The notes under the pieces were generated by a model, which was not told the origin of the DNA, did no database searches, and was given only the letters and a program-made list of their open reading frames with translations. A DNA stretch of 64,000 bases, taken from assembly GCA_964016885.1 (NCBI GenBank), contig OZ024744.1:46190001-46254000 (forward strand), read 5' to 3'. A program made the translations under genes and the position numbers. Of this stretch, positions 1-12,496 are shown piece after piece. Position 1 is the first letter of the stretch, and the number at the start of each line of letters is the position of its first letter. The stretch is from Eledone cirrhosa. Its lineage: Eukaryota.

Positions 1-2205
1 ATAAACTTTTCTGGATGGGAAATGACAATGGGCTGGGTGGAGTAGGAATTATGTTAGCAGAGAAATGGGTAGATAAGGTAATTGCCATAAATAGAGTGAA
101 CGACAGAATAATTAAAATAAGACTTGTTCTAAATAGAACAACTGTGACAATAATATCCGCTTATGCACCCCAGTCTGGTCTACCTGATGTAATAAAAGAC
201 AGGTTCTATGATTTGCTAATTTTTACTTCCTCCCAAATAACAGACAGTGACTGCATAATTATTGCTGGTGACCTAAATTGTCACATTGGACAACATAGTG
301 ATGGCTATGATGGAATCTATGGAGGCTATGTGTTTGGTACTAGAAATGAGGAAGGCTCCAGAATCCTGGAATTTTGTGACGCTAATAACCTAACTATCTG
401 TAACACAAACTTCAAAAAACGAGACAATGACTTGGTCTCCTGTAGATCAGGGGAACATGCCAGCCAGATAGATTATATCCTTACTAGAAGGTGTGACAGT
501 GTCTGTTGTAAACACTAAATCCCTCCCCTTGAAAAATGCACCTCCCAACATAGCCTCGTAGTTAGGGACCTCATAGTCAGGACTAGACGTACTCGACGAC
601 AGAGGAGGACTACCTTGAGGAAAAGATGGAAGTTGAAGGACCTCACAGCCAGTAATAAATTTAAAAGCATATTAGTTAATGCTTTCGACAGTAAAGAGGT
701 GCAATTAAAGACATATAATATAGAGGAACAGTGGCAATTCTTGAAAGTTAAACTGCTGAAGGTGACAGATGGAATCTATTGCTGGAGCAGACCTATAGGT
801 AGGAGGAGGAGAGTAACTTGGAGGTGGAACACTAAGGTGGAGGAGTCAATCAAATCCAGAAAGCAGGCTTGGAAAGTATGGCGGAAGTAGAGAACACTAT
901 CAAGTGGCCAGGAGAGAAGCTAGGAGACAAGTGTACCTTGCACGGAGGGAAGCAGAGGATAGGAAGTTCAAGCATATTCTACAATGTGAGGACCAAAAAC
1001 GTGAGGTGTTCAGGATCGCAAAACAAAGTGTCAAGGAAAATCATGATTTTGTCAGGGAGAAGTGTGTCCGTAAAGATGATGGTGTACTTGCCCTCACTGA
1101 TACTGATAAGAAGGTAGCTTGGAAGTGTCACCTCGAGAGACTACTATGTGAGGAGAATAAATGGGAAAAAGATAGTCTGCCCAAATCGATCCAATAGAAG
1201 GAACAGCGGTGCAAGTTAATGGTAGTATAGTAAATAAGGCAATCAAAGATATGAAGACAGGCAAGGCAGCTGGGGCTTCGGAGATAGTTGTTGAGATATT
1301 GAAAGCATCTGGAATGGTGGGACATACTATGGACACCCAAATAGTAAACCAAATAATACAGAATGGGGTCATATCAGATGACTGGCGTAGCAGCATCATT
1401 GTTAACTGCTACAAGGGTAAAGGAGATACCCTAGATAGGGGAAACTATAGCGCCATTAAGGTAGTTGACCAGGTCATGAAGGTCAAAGAAAGAGTTATTG
1501 CACAACTAATCAGAGACCAAATTGATCTAGATGAAATGCAGTTTGGGTTCGTGCCAGGTAAAAGTACCACAGATGCTATTTTCCTTGTACAGCAACTAGT
1601 GGAGAAGTACCCAGTTAAAAGTAAACCCCTCTACTTAGCTTTTGTTGACTTGGAGAAAGCCTTTGACAGAGTCCCCCGCTCCATTATCTGGTAGGCCCTT
1701 AGAAATGGAGGAATAGATGAATGGCTTGTGAGAGCTATACAAGCCATGTACAAAGAAACAGTCAGCAAGGTTAGAATTAACAATGAATATAGTGAAGAAT
1801 TTAGCGTAAAAGTAGGTGTTCAGCAAGGCCCCATCCTTAGCTTCCTCCTCTTTATTATTGCCCTTCAGGTTATAACAGAGGGGTTTAAGACCAGCTGCCC
1901 ATGTGAACTTCTATATGCAGATGATCTAACTCTCCTAGCCTAATCTATGGCTGAACTAGAGAAGAAATTCCAAAATTGGAGGCATGGCTTTGAATCAAAA
2001 GACGCTAAAGTTAACTTGTCTAAGACTAAAGGTCTAGTATGTAGAAAAGAAAATAGGGCACTGGTGCCATGCTCAGTGTGTAGGAAAGGGGTAGGTAGAA
2101 ATTCCATTCTATGTCCCAAATGCAAACTATGGGTACATAAAAGATGTAGTGAGATCACAGGTAAGCTATCTAAGAATGTAGATTTTATATGTGGCCGATG
2201 CTCTG
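1..2205 (+). mobile_element. Decayed RTE-clade LINE (APE endonuclease + RT), frameshifted, 3' end deleted
   Basis: ORF 15-518 has APE motifs (ISAYAPQ, GDLN, SQIDYIL). ORFs 1209-1694 and 1728-1943 have RT motifs (QFGFVPGKSTTDA, FVDLEKAFD, LLYADDL). Several stops and frameshifts. Confidence 0.93.
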
Positions 2206-2264
2206 GACAACAGACTTTCCCTTGGACAACATGACATATAGTCTATATATACTGGACAGTATTA

Positions 2265-4655
2265 TCATCATCATCATCATCATCGTTTAACGTCCATTTT
2301 CCACGCTAGCATGGGTTTGGACGGGAATTTTCCCACTTGAGGCAAGATTGGTTGTCCTGCTCGTATAGGACTGTCTGGCGGGTTTTCTACGGCTGGATGC
2401 CCTTCATAACACCAACCACGTTTACAGTGTGGACTGGGAGGTTTTTACCGTGTTATCTACACAGCCACATTACAGGGTGGACTGTGTGTTTTTTTTTGTC
2501 GTGACACCTACAGGACCTCATTTGTTTCGGACTGGATGTTGTGGTACCAACATAACTTCACATTGAAGGGGGTGGTGTGGATGCGATGGGGGTATTGGGA
2601 CAGGGGTGTATTTTTGTTAGAGGTGCCTACTGACTGTAGGTTTCTCTTTCTACTTAGGCAAGGCGGGTCTTCTGTATTACTGTGTAGCGCCAAAGATCTC
2701 GGTCCAGTGACATTGTCTTAGAGAGGTGCAACTGTGTGAGGTCGGAATTTATCAAGTCGTCCCAGGTTTTTCTGGGTCTGCCTACTCCGTGGCTACCGTC
2801 TATTTTTATCGCCCGCCCTGCACTTTTTTATACAGCTGTCGTCTTTCATGCGCATCACGTGACCATACCAACGTAGTCTTCTCTCAAGTAAACAACATCT
2901 GATCCCTCTTATTCCTAATTTATCCCTTAGTTCGTTTATGCTTTGCCGTTCACGTATATTACTCTTACACATTCAGCGAAGCATGCAAGCTTCGTTTCTA
3001 TCCAGTCTGCGTATCACACAATGCCCAGGTCTCACTGCCATGTAACATTGCTGTTCGTATGCAGGCATCATACAGCCTGCCTTTCATTTTTAGAGAGAAC
3101 CCTTTAGCGGCCAATAGTGGTATAAGCTTTCTGAACTTTTCCATCCCGTTCTGACTCTAGCTACTGTACTTACAGAGCACCCTCCCCCACTGCTGATTTT
3201 GTCACCCAGGTAATGGAAGGTGTCCACTATTTCTATAGAACCATCTGTGCAATTGAATGAGCTAGTATTCTGTGGGCACTTGCTGCTACTTATTGCTCCA
3301 GAGCACCAGCCACATATAAAATCTATATTCTTAGTTAGCTTACCTGTGATCCCACTACATCTTTTATGCACCCATACTTTGCATTTGGGACATAAAATCG
3401 AGTTTCTGCCTACTCTTTTCCTACACACTGAGCATGGCCATTTCCCAGATGGGACCGGTTCCCTATTTTCCTTCCTACAAACTAGAACTTTAGTCTTAGA
3501 CAAGTTAACTTTAAGGCCTTTTGAATCTAGGCCATGCTTCCATGTTTGGAATTTCTTCTCTAGTTCAGCCATTGATTCAGCTATGAGCGTTAGATCATCT
3601 GCATATAGGAGTTCCCATGGGCAGCCGGTCTTGAACTCCTCTGTTATAGCCTGAAGGGCAATAATAAATAGCTGGGGGCTAAGAACGGATCCCTGTTGAA
3701 CACCAACATTTACTCTAAACTCTTCACTATATTCGATGTTAATTCTAACCTTTCTGACTGTTTCTTTATACATGGCTTGTATAGCTCTCACAAGCCATTC
3801 ATCAACACATAGTTTTCTAAGAGCCCACCAGATAATGGAGCGTGGGACTCTGTCAAAGGCTTTCTACAAGTCAACAAAAGCTAAGTATAGGGGTTTACTT
3901 TTAGCTAGGTACTTCTCCTGTAGTTGTCGTACAATGAAAAGAGCCTCTGGAGTACTTTTACCTGACACAAACCCGAACTGCATTTTATCTAGATCAATTC
4001 GCTCTCTGATTAATTGCGCTATTACTTTTTCTGTGACCTTCATGACCTGGTCGATTAATTTAATGCCTCTATAGTTACCCCTGTCTAGGGCATCTCCTTT
4101 AGCCTTGTAGCAGTTAATGATGATGCTGCTACGCCAGTCCTTCGGTACGACCCCATTCTATATGACATGGTTTACTATCCGGGTGACCATAGTGTCTCCC
4201 ACCGTTCCAGATGCTTTCAACTATTTCCGAAGGCCCAGCCGCCTAACCCGTCTTCATATCTTATTATACTTATTATACTACATTCAACTAGCAATGCTGG
4301 TCCCTCTTTTGGATCGATGTGGGGAGACTGTCTTTCTCCCAATTATTCTCCTCATTTAGTAGCCTTTCGTAGTGACACTTCCAAGCTACCTTCTTATCAG
4401 CGTCAGTGATAGCAAGCACACCATCATCATTAAGGACACACTTCTCCCCGACAATATCACAGTTTTCCTTGACACATTGCCTAGCAATCCTGAACACCTC
4501 ACGTTTTTGGTCCTCGCGTTGTAGAACATGCTTGAACTTTCTTTCCTCTGCTTCCCTTCTTGCGAAGTGCACTTGTCTCCTAGCTTCCCTCCTGGCCACT
4601 TGATAGTCTTCTCTACTTCCCCCATCCCGCCATACTTTCTAAGCCTGCTTTTTGA
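2265..4655 (-). mobile_element. 5'-truncated RTE LINE with 3' UTR and (GAT)n tail
   Basis: ORF 3090-3791 (QQGSVLSP, LLYADDL, FHYLG) and ORF 4288-4599. A (CAT)n tract at about 2265-2284 marks the minus-strand tail. Confidence 0.93.
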
Positions 4656-4659
4656 CTAC

Positions 4660-5945
4660 AAATTAATGCGTTATTGTTCTTAAGAAGCCATTTCTATATT
4701 TAATATGGCATATAATGTACTATTTTATTTGAATTAAAATTTCTAGTCCTTGAGAAGCCATTTCTGTATTAATTATTGCACATACATTAATATTTCCCTC
4801 AAATTAATGAGATTTAATCCTTTAGAAGCCATTTCCGTATTAAATATGGCATATAATCTACTAATACCCTTCAAATTAAAGAGTTCTACTGCTTTATAAG
4901 CCATTTCTTTATTAAATATGACATATATACTACTATTTCCCCTAATTATATTAGTTTTACTCCCTTAGAAGCCATTTCTTTATTAAATATTGCATATACT
5001 CTACTATCTCCTTCAAATTGAAGAGGTTTAGTCGTTTACAGACCATTTCTGTATTAATATTGCATATAATCTACTAATACCCTTCAAATTAAAGAGTTTC
5101 AGTCCCGTAGAAGCCATTCCTCTATTAAATATTGCTTATACACTACCATTTGATTTCAATTAATGAGTTCTAGCAGTGTAGAAGCTATTTATATATTAAA
5201 TATTGCATATAATCTAATAATACTCTTCAAATTAAAGTGTTTTAGTCCTGCAGAAGCCATTTCTGTATTAAATATTGCATACATACTACTATTTACTACG
5301 AATTAAATAGTTATTGTCCTTAAGAAGCCATTTCCATATTAAATATGGCCTATAATGTACTATTTCCTTCAAATTAAAAGTTGTAGTCATTTAGAAACCT
5401 TTTCTGTATTAAATATGGCATATAATCTACTAATATCCTTCGAATTAATGAGTTTTCGTCCTGTACAAGCCATTTCTGTATTAAATATGGCATATATACT
5501 ACTATTTCTCCTTTAAATCGGAGATTTATAGTCCTTTAAAAGCCATTTCTGTATTAAATATTGCATATAATGTACTATTTCCTTCGAATTAATGAGTTTT
5601 AGCCCTTTAGAAGCCATTTCTATATTAAATGTTGCATATTCTGTACTATTTCCTTCAAATTGAAGAGTTCTAGTCCTTTAGATGCCTTTAATGTATTAAA
5701 TATTACACATATACTACTATTTACTCAAAATATATTCGTTCTAGTCCTTTGACAGCCATTTCTGTATTAAATATTACACATACACTACTATTTACTTTGA
5801 ATTAATGAGCTTTACTCCTTTAGAAGCCATTACATGTAGCATATAATCTACTATTTCCTTCGAATTGGAGAGTTCTAGTCCTTTAGAGGCCATTTCCGTA
5901 TTAAATGTAGCATACTAATACCTTTCAAATTAATGAGTTTCAGTG
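4660..5945. repeat. Diverged ~71-bp tandem satellite, about 18 units
   Basis: AGAAGCCATTTCTGTATTAAATA recurs at 4683, 4753, 4824 ... 5822. A short inverted piece lies at about 20960-21122. Confidence 0.9.
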
Positions 5946-5969
5946 ACCTGAAACTAAGTAAAAAAATAT

Positions 5970-6810
5970 CTATTTAGGAAACCGAATGATTCTCGGCTTC
6001 AGAGTGTACGTGCCTGGATTTGCATACCCATGGCTGGTGTTTCCGCGTATGCATGTGTATGTACGTATATGGATGCGTGCATCTATATAATTAATTATTG
6101 TTGATTTCAATAACCTCTGTAATTTATTTACATTATTCTTAACTCTGAAGCCGAGAATCTTTCGGTTTCCTAAATAGAATTTTAGTCTATGACTTCAGTT
6201 ATACTATAGACGTGGTTTTGTCTTTGCGTGTAATTGTTCTCACCGATCCACATAATGACGTATTATCTTCGTTTTTTTCCATTCATTGCCAGAGAACGTC
6301 TCCACGAACCACCTAATAGAATATTAGTCTACGACTTCAGTTATACCATGAACGTGGTTTTGTCTTTGCGTGTAATTGTTTTCACCACTCGAAATAATTG
6401 TTTCTACTTTAGGCACAAGGCCAGCAATTACCCAGTGCATTACTGGTACTTTATTTTATCGACCCCGTAAGGATGAAATGCAAATTCAACCTCGGCGGGA
6501 TTTGAACTCATGACGTATTATCTTTGTTTTTCCGTTCTTTGCCAGGGAACGTCTCCACGAACCAAAGTTTCCTCTTCCTGTCTTCCTTCTGTTGCAATGT
6601 TTTTCGAGATATTTAATTCTGTGTTCACAGATTGATTTTTTTAGTTTCAGAAGATCCCGTTAAGGGTGAAAGCAGTTATTCTTTGCTTAAACTTTAATCT
6701 GTTATTTTAATAAATATTTGCTCTACAGTTCTTATATATTTGATATATATTTATCCTTATCGAGCCCTCTTTGGATTTTAGTCTTCAAATTTATTATTAT
6801 TACTATATAT
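5970..6810 (+). mobile_element. Non-coding PLE-like terminal-repeat element (CAGAAGA family), interrupted by a SINE fragment
   Basis: Homologous to about 22365-22890 and 54200-54695. Internal inverted repeat at 5970-6005 / 6142-6178. HHR-like motif at 6648-6676. Confidence 0.55.
6395..6510 (-). mobile_element. tRNA-derived SINE, 3' half
   Basis: Reverse complement of GAGTTCAAATCCCGCCGAGG...GGGGTCGATAAAATAAAGTACCAG, as in the full copy at 14531-14722. Confidence 0.85.
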
Positions 6811-7392
6811 ATCATCATCATCATCAGGCCGAGCTTGCTCCGCCTTTTTAGCTTTCAATAGCTGGATATACACTTGCGGTCGCTACTCCATACAAGTGAA
6901 AGCAGTACTCTGTGTTAGAGCAGTTGTGCCCCACCGAAACATCCAAACAATAGTTGATATGATCGCCTTGCCACTAGTAGTATGAACCAAATTCACAGTT
7001 ACTTGATCATTGCTTTATCTACTGATCCGACATCCTTCTTACCAGCGTCGTCGTTTAACCCAGTCAGGATTGGTTTGACAGATTGCCTATCAAGGCCAAA
7101 GAGCTCTGTCCGCTCTGGCTTTGAAATCAGAATGGTCTCTCTCCTAAACAGATTGCTGACCAAGGCTACCAAATATTCACTATATACACATTTACACAAT
7201 TTTTGGATGGCCGTTGACTCTTATTAGTTCTTCCGCCCTTTGTCAGGTTTTGTTTTTGTCCTGCAGGATGTCCTAAATCACCCTCCTCACCAAGTAAACT
7301 TGATGGGGTTGCCGATTTAGTCGCCGACGACCCGACTTGCGACAGGTTGTACTGGGTTACATGTTAACAGTAGCACTCGAGAGTGACTTGAC
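6810..7392 (-). mobile_element. Short (~580 bp) non-autonomous retroelement with (TGA)n tail
   Basis: (CAT)n at 6812-6825; no credible ORF. Near-identical copies at about 19997-20495 (+, partial) and 21305-21891 (-). Confidence 0.55.
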
Positions 7393-8034
7393 ATATATAT
7401 ATATACATATATATATATTTAATTTTGGTATGTTTATATACATTTTTTCTTCTAACTTTGATTTTATACCTAATTGTGTATGGTTGACGATATATTTAAT
7501 CGATTCCCACGTGCTGTTGGAAATGCTGGGTAAATATTCTATGGCTGTTTATCTATTATTTCTTCATAGGTGTCTTTTAATCTTATAGCCTGGTTTAATT
7601 GTTTTTTTTGTGTGGTTAATTATGTTGATTGGGAGAGGAAATGGTGTATATATTTTATCAAATGATTCTATGGACATACTTTATTATATATATATTTATA
7701 TATATTTATATTTATATAAAGTTATTTTTCGATGTTTAGATAATCTGCGGTCGTGAGTTCAATGTTCACCTCGGATTTTCAGACGTTAAAATAATTTTAT
7801 AGTTTTTTTTTTTATTATTGCTTCAGTTGCTCAATCGACAAAGGCCATGCTGGGGCAACATATCCAATATATTATTTTGTTAATATCGGCCCCAGTACAT
7901 TAAAGGATTTCTACTTTATATTAGTTTTACAAGACTCGGATTGTTTTTATATTAAAAGGGAACATAAACATATTTTAGATTGAGGAGGGGAATGGTGCAG
8001 AAAAGGTTGGGAACAACAGATATATATATATGGT

Positions 8035-8100
<66 letters not shown>

Positions 8101-8150
8101 TAGATAGACAGAAAAATATACACGGGTGTGTATGATTGTGTATAGAAGAT

Positions 8151-8308
8151 TATATTAATGAAAGGAATTCCAACTTTGTCTGATTTACTCGTTTTATTTA
8201 CAATCCTTTAAAATTTATAATATTTCATTCTAATACCATTATAAATTTTAAAGGATTGTAAATAAAACGAGTAAATCAGTCAAAGTTGGAATTCCTGTTA
8301 TTAATATA
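8151..8308. repeat. Fold-back element, ~70-bp arms with an 18-nt loop, next to (TA)n
   Basis: 8151-8220 is the near-perfect reverse complement of 8239-8308. Same sequence as the outer arms of 57585-57948. Confidence 0.9.
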
Positions 8309-8325
8309 TATATATATATATATAC

Positions 8326-8428
<103 letters not shown>

Positions 8429-9081
8429 ACATATATATATATATATAATATATATATATGCGTGTGTGCGTGCGCGCGCGTATATATATATATATATATA
8501 CACAAAGATGCACATATCCATAAATATATATATATATGTGTGTGTCCTTTCTGCATCATGCCCCTCCTCAATCTAAAATATGTTTATGTTCCACTTTAAT
8601 ATAAAGACAAACTCCAAAATCTAAACAAACTTCTCGTAGGTGCTGCCAGATACACGATAACATGTGTAGACGAAGTGTAACTGGAAGTTGGATAGTATTA
8701 TATCACTTTTAAATTGACCCCTATTATATTCAAATTAACCCAAGTTGGGAATCCCTGATATATAAATGTATGTGAATATGTTGCTATGGCTGCTATTTCT
8801 AGCAGGTTTACTGCTGTCTTGTAGAGGCACCGCACAAACCGGAAGTGGCAGCCATTAAAAAACTTTGGCTTAAAATCAGTGAAATTTTTTAAACAATAGA
8901 AAATTAAATGTAAACAAACCAGGGTGTTTTTGCTAGGGTGTCTTACTTAATCGCAAAAATCGAGACAAAAATGTTGCGGGTGTGCAGTTGATTTGGTCCT
9001 GGTTGTTGGTATTTGACTGCTATTTCTAGCATGTATGGACACTTTAGAAATAGCGGCGACAAACGGAAATAAGGACACTCA

Positions 9082-9149
<68 letters not shown>

Positions 9150-9155
<6 letters not shown>

Positions 9156-9742
9156 TGTATATATAGTGTATTTTGCAATACACTGTATGCTTAATTAAAA
9201 GCATTTCTAAGACCGTATGCTATTTTTTAGAGTAGTGACAGTCTCACTTACTTTAAATTTTCAGCAAACAGGGGAGATAAAGCTGACAGAGCTATGTTTC
9301 GTACTGATTGGTACTTATCAAACCCAAGTACTCCACCTGTTTGCTGAAAATCATGAATGTTTGATTCTTATAGAAATTCTAGTAATAATCAGTTCCTGAT
9401 TATTACTAGAATTTCTATAAGAATCAAACACTTATGATTTTCAGCAAACAGATGAATGTTTGATTCTTATAGAAATTCTAGTATAATCAGTTCCTGATTA
9501 TAACTAGAATTTCTATAAGAATCAAATATTCATGATCTTCAGCAAACAGATGGAGTACTTGGTTTTGATAAGTACCAATCAGTACGAAACATAACTCTGT
9601 CAGCTTTATCTCCCCTGTTTGCTGAAAACTTAAAGTAAGTGAGACTATCACTACTCTAAAAAATAGCATAAGGTCTTCGAAATGCTTTTAATTAAGCATA
9701 CATTGTATTACAACATACACTATATATACATTCATATATATA
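9150..9742. repeat. Fold-back element with a duplicated central hairpin and HHR-variant motifs on both arms
   Basis: About 9155-9355 is the reverse complement of about 9530-9740 (twin ORFs 9217+ and 9669-). The centre holds two copies of a ~75-bp hairpin. Confidence 0.88.
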
Positions 9743-9764
9743 TCGCTATTTCAGAGCGCCATTC

Positions 9765-9816
<52 letters not shown>

Positions 9817-9820
<4 letters not shown>

Positions 9821-9903
9821 AACAAGTAAGACCCCGACGGATGAGCTCAGAATTAGCCGTCGAAACGGCTTGAGCTCAGCCGTCGGGGTCTTACTTGTTC
9901 CTA
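9817..9903. repeat. Short GC-rich fold-back next to (TA)n; same family as 60277-61325
   Basis: TAGGAACAAGTAAGACCCCGACGG ... CCGTCGGGGTCTTACTTGTTCCTA. Confidence 0.85.
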
Positions 9904-9980
9904 TTACCCACTCTACTACATTAAGTATTGAGTACTTTGGTGCGTTATGGTCCATCTAGTTCCTTACCACATTTCCTTCG

Positions 9981-10039
<59 letters not shown>

Positions 10040-10178
10040 ATATATTAACAAATAGAAACTATATTTAGAAAACCATGTTTATTTCATTATACTATCCAGG
10101 AGATTCCAACCAGAATGGTTGCATTTTTGAAGGGTATGTCAATATATATTTATAAAACTAACCTATATTATATTTTAT

Positions 10179-10228
10179 CTGATGAAAGCGCACCATAGTT
10201 TGCTTTGGTGGCCCTTGAAATATGTATA
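10179..10228 (+). ncRNA. Type-I hammerhead-like motif in an AT-rich PLE-like tail
   Basis: CTGATGA-aagcgcacca...tggtggccctt-GAAA-tatgta. Homologues at 10691-10734 and 22268-22315 (the latter has GAAA>GTAA). Confidence 0.6.
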
Positions 10229-10274
10229 ATGAAATAAATATGGTTTTATAAATATAGTTTCCATTTGTTAATAT

Positions 10275-10339
<65 letters not shown>

Positions 10340-10452
10340 ATATAGGTGTGTGTCCTTCTTTCCGTATATTGACTCAAATAATTTGTTGAGTGCTTTATAT
10401 CAGTTATAAAATTATTTTGCTTGTTTTGTCCCAACAAATTAAATATAACCTC

Positions 10453-10508
<56 letters not shown>

Positions 10509-10734
10509 ATATATTAATAAATGGAAACTATATATATAAAACTATAATTATTTTATTATATATATTTCAAGGGCAACCAAGGCAAATTATGGTGCGCTTT
10601 CTTGTCCACTATCCAGGGAACTTCAACAGTTAAGGTTGTCTTTTTTCCGGGTATGTCAATATTTACTTATAAAACAAATCTGTATTTCATCTGATGAAAG
10701 CGCACCATAATTTGCCTTGGTTGCCCTTGAAATA

Positions 10735-12290
10735 TCTATATATATAAAACTGTGGTTGTCTGTCTGTCTATCGATTTTCGGCACACATCTCCTCTTAGAA
10801 TCTCTCACGGAATTGCACCGAAATTGCTATACTTGTACATTGAGCCCTAGCGAAGACATCGGAAAAAAGAAATTTCAAATTGACCCGCCCTATGTGACGA
10901 AATCGATTATAATGTATCGATTTTTGAGCGTAAGTGATCAGTTATTTCCCTTTGTTCTGTTTACATTGAGCGTCTGCGTGCAAAAATTAAAAAAATTACG
11001 CTGGCTTTCTCAGCGTTTAAAATGACATTAACACAATAATTTTTACTTGAAAACAAGTCTATTTAAAGACTACGTAAAACAAGCAAATATTTCGTAAAAA
11101 AAAGCAAAAATTATATAAGTTTATTTAAAATATATGTATCTGTAAATTTCGTTACGCGTGCAGTCAGTTTTATATATATAGATGATAAACAATAATATCC
11201 TCTATGAGGTCACTAAACCTGCTAGAAACAGCAGCTAACTCTCCCTCATATCACACCACTCCCTACTGTCTTAAATTTAGAAAACACATATCCTCTATGA
11301 GGTTACTAAACCTGCTAGAAACAGCAGCTAACTCTCCCTCATATCACATCACTCCCTACTGTCTTAAATTTAGAAAACACATATCCTCTATGAGGTTACT
11401 AAACCTGCTAGAAACAGCAGCTAACTCTCCCTCATATCACACCACTCCCTACTGTCTTAAATTTAGAAAACACATATCCTCTATGAGGTTACTAAACCTG
11501 CTAGAAACAGCAGCTAACTCTCCCCCATATCATACCCCTCCCTACTGTCTTAAATTTAGAAAACATATCTTCTATGAGGTCACTAAACCTGCTAGAAACA
11601 GCAGCTAACTCTCCCTCATATCACACCCCTCCCTACTGTCTTAAATTTAGAAAACATATCCTCTATGAGGTCACTAAACCTGCTAGAAACAGCAGCTAAC
11701 TCTCCCCCATATCATACCCCTCTCTACTGTCTTAAATTTAGAAAACATATCTTCTATGAGGTCACTAAACCTGCTAGAAACAGCAGCTAACTCTCCCTCA
11801 TATCACACCACTCCCTACTGTCTTAAATTTAGAAAACACATATCCTCTATGAGGTCACTAAACCTGCTAGAAACAGCAGCTAACTCTCCCTCATATCACA
11901 CCACTCCCTACTGTCTTAAATTTAGAAAACACATATCCTCTATGAGGTCACTAAACCTGCTAGAAACAACAGCTAACTCTCCCTCATATCACAACCCTCC
12001 CTACTGTCTTAAATTTAGAAAACACACAGACAACCATGCAGAACAACTCCATCGCAGCTCTGTTGTTCGGCTGGCATCGTCTACTCGCGTGTTGCGCAAG
12101 TACTGTGAAACAATAAATTTCAACACTTTTTTGTACAGAGATAATATCCATAGGCGAAACTACAATTGTCACTGCTGGCGCAGCTCATGCTTCCAGGTCT
12201 GCAATTCATTCACCCAGTGCCTGGCAGACAAAAAAGTGCTGCAACCTAACTTTGGTAATGACCCCGAGCAACGCCGGGCTTTAATGCTAG
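10735..12290 (+). mobile_element. Non-autonomous Helitron
   Basis: 5' TCTATATATATAAAAC; 3' hairpin CCCGAGCAACGCCGGG followed by CTAG; inserted between A and T without a TSD. The flanks rejoin to match the empty site at about 22300-22340. Confidence 0.85.
11195..12026. repeat. 91-93-bp tandem repeat, 9 near-identical copies, inside the Helitron
   Basis: ATATCCTCTATGAGGTCACTAAACCTGCTAGAAACAGCAGC... starts at 11195, 11288, 11381 and so on. Confidence 0.95.
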
Positions 12291-12434
12291 TATATAATAA
12301 AGTAATTATGGTTTTATAAATATAGTTTCCATCTATTAGTATATTGAATATTTACTCCACTAAATTGTTGAGTGCTTTATATCAATTATAAATTTTTTAA
12401 GCTTGTTGAATCCCAACAAATTAAATATAACCTG

Positions 12435-12492
<58 letters not shown>

Positions 12493-12496
<4 letters not shown>

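Noticed and set aside
7300-7392. HDV-like ribozyme at the 5' end of the short retroelement
   Set aside because: A P4-like hairpin followed by CUAA is present, but P1, P1.1 and the L3 consensus could not be built.
11195-12026. Regular repeats (also 4660-5945 and 30610-31155) as a CRISPR array or repeat protein
   Set aside because: Head-to-tail units with no unique spacers, no cas genes and a eukaryotic context. The ORFs arise from unit lengths divisible by three.
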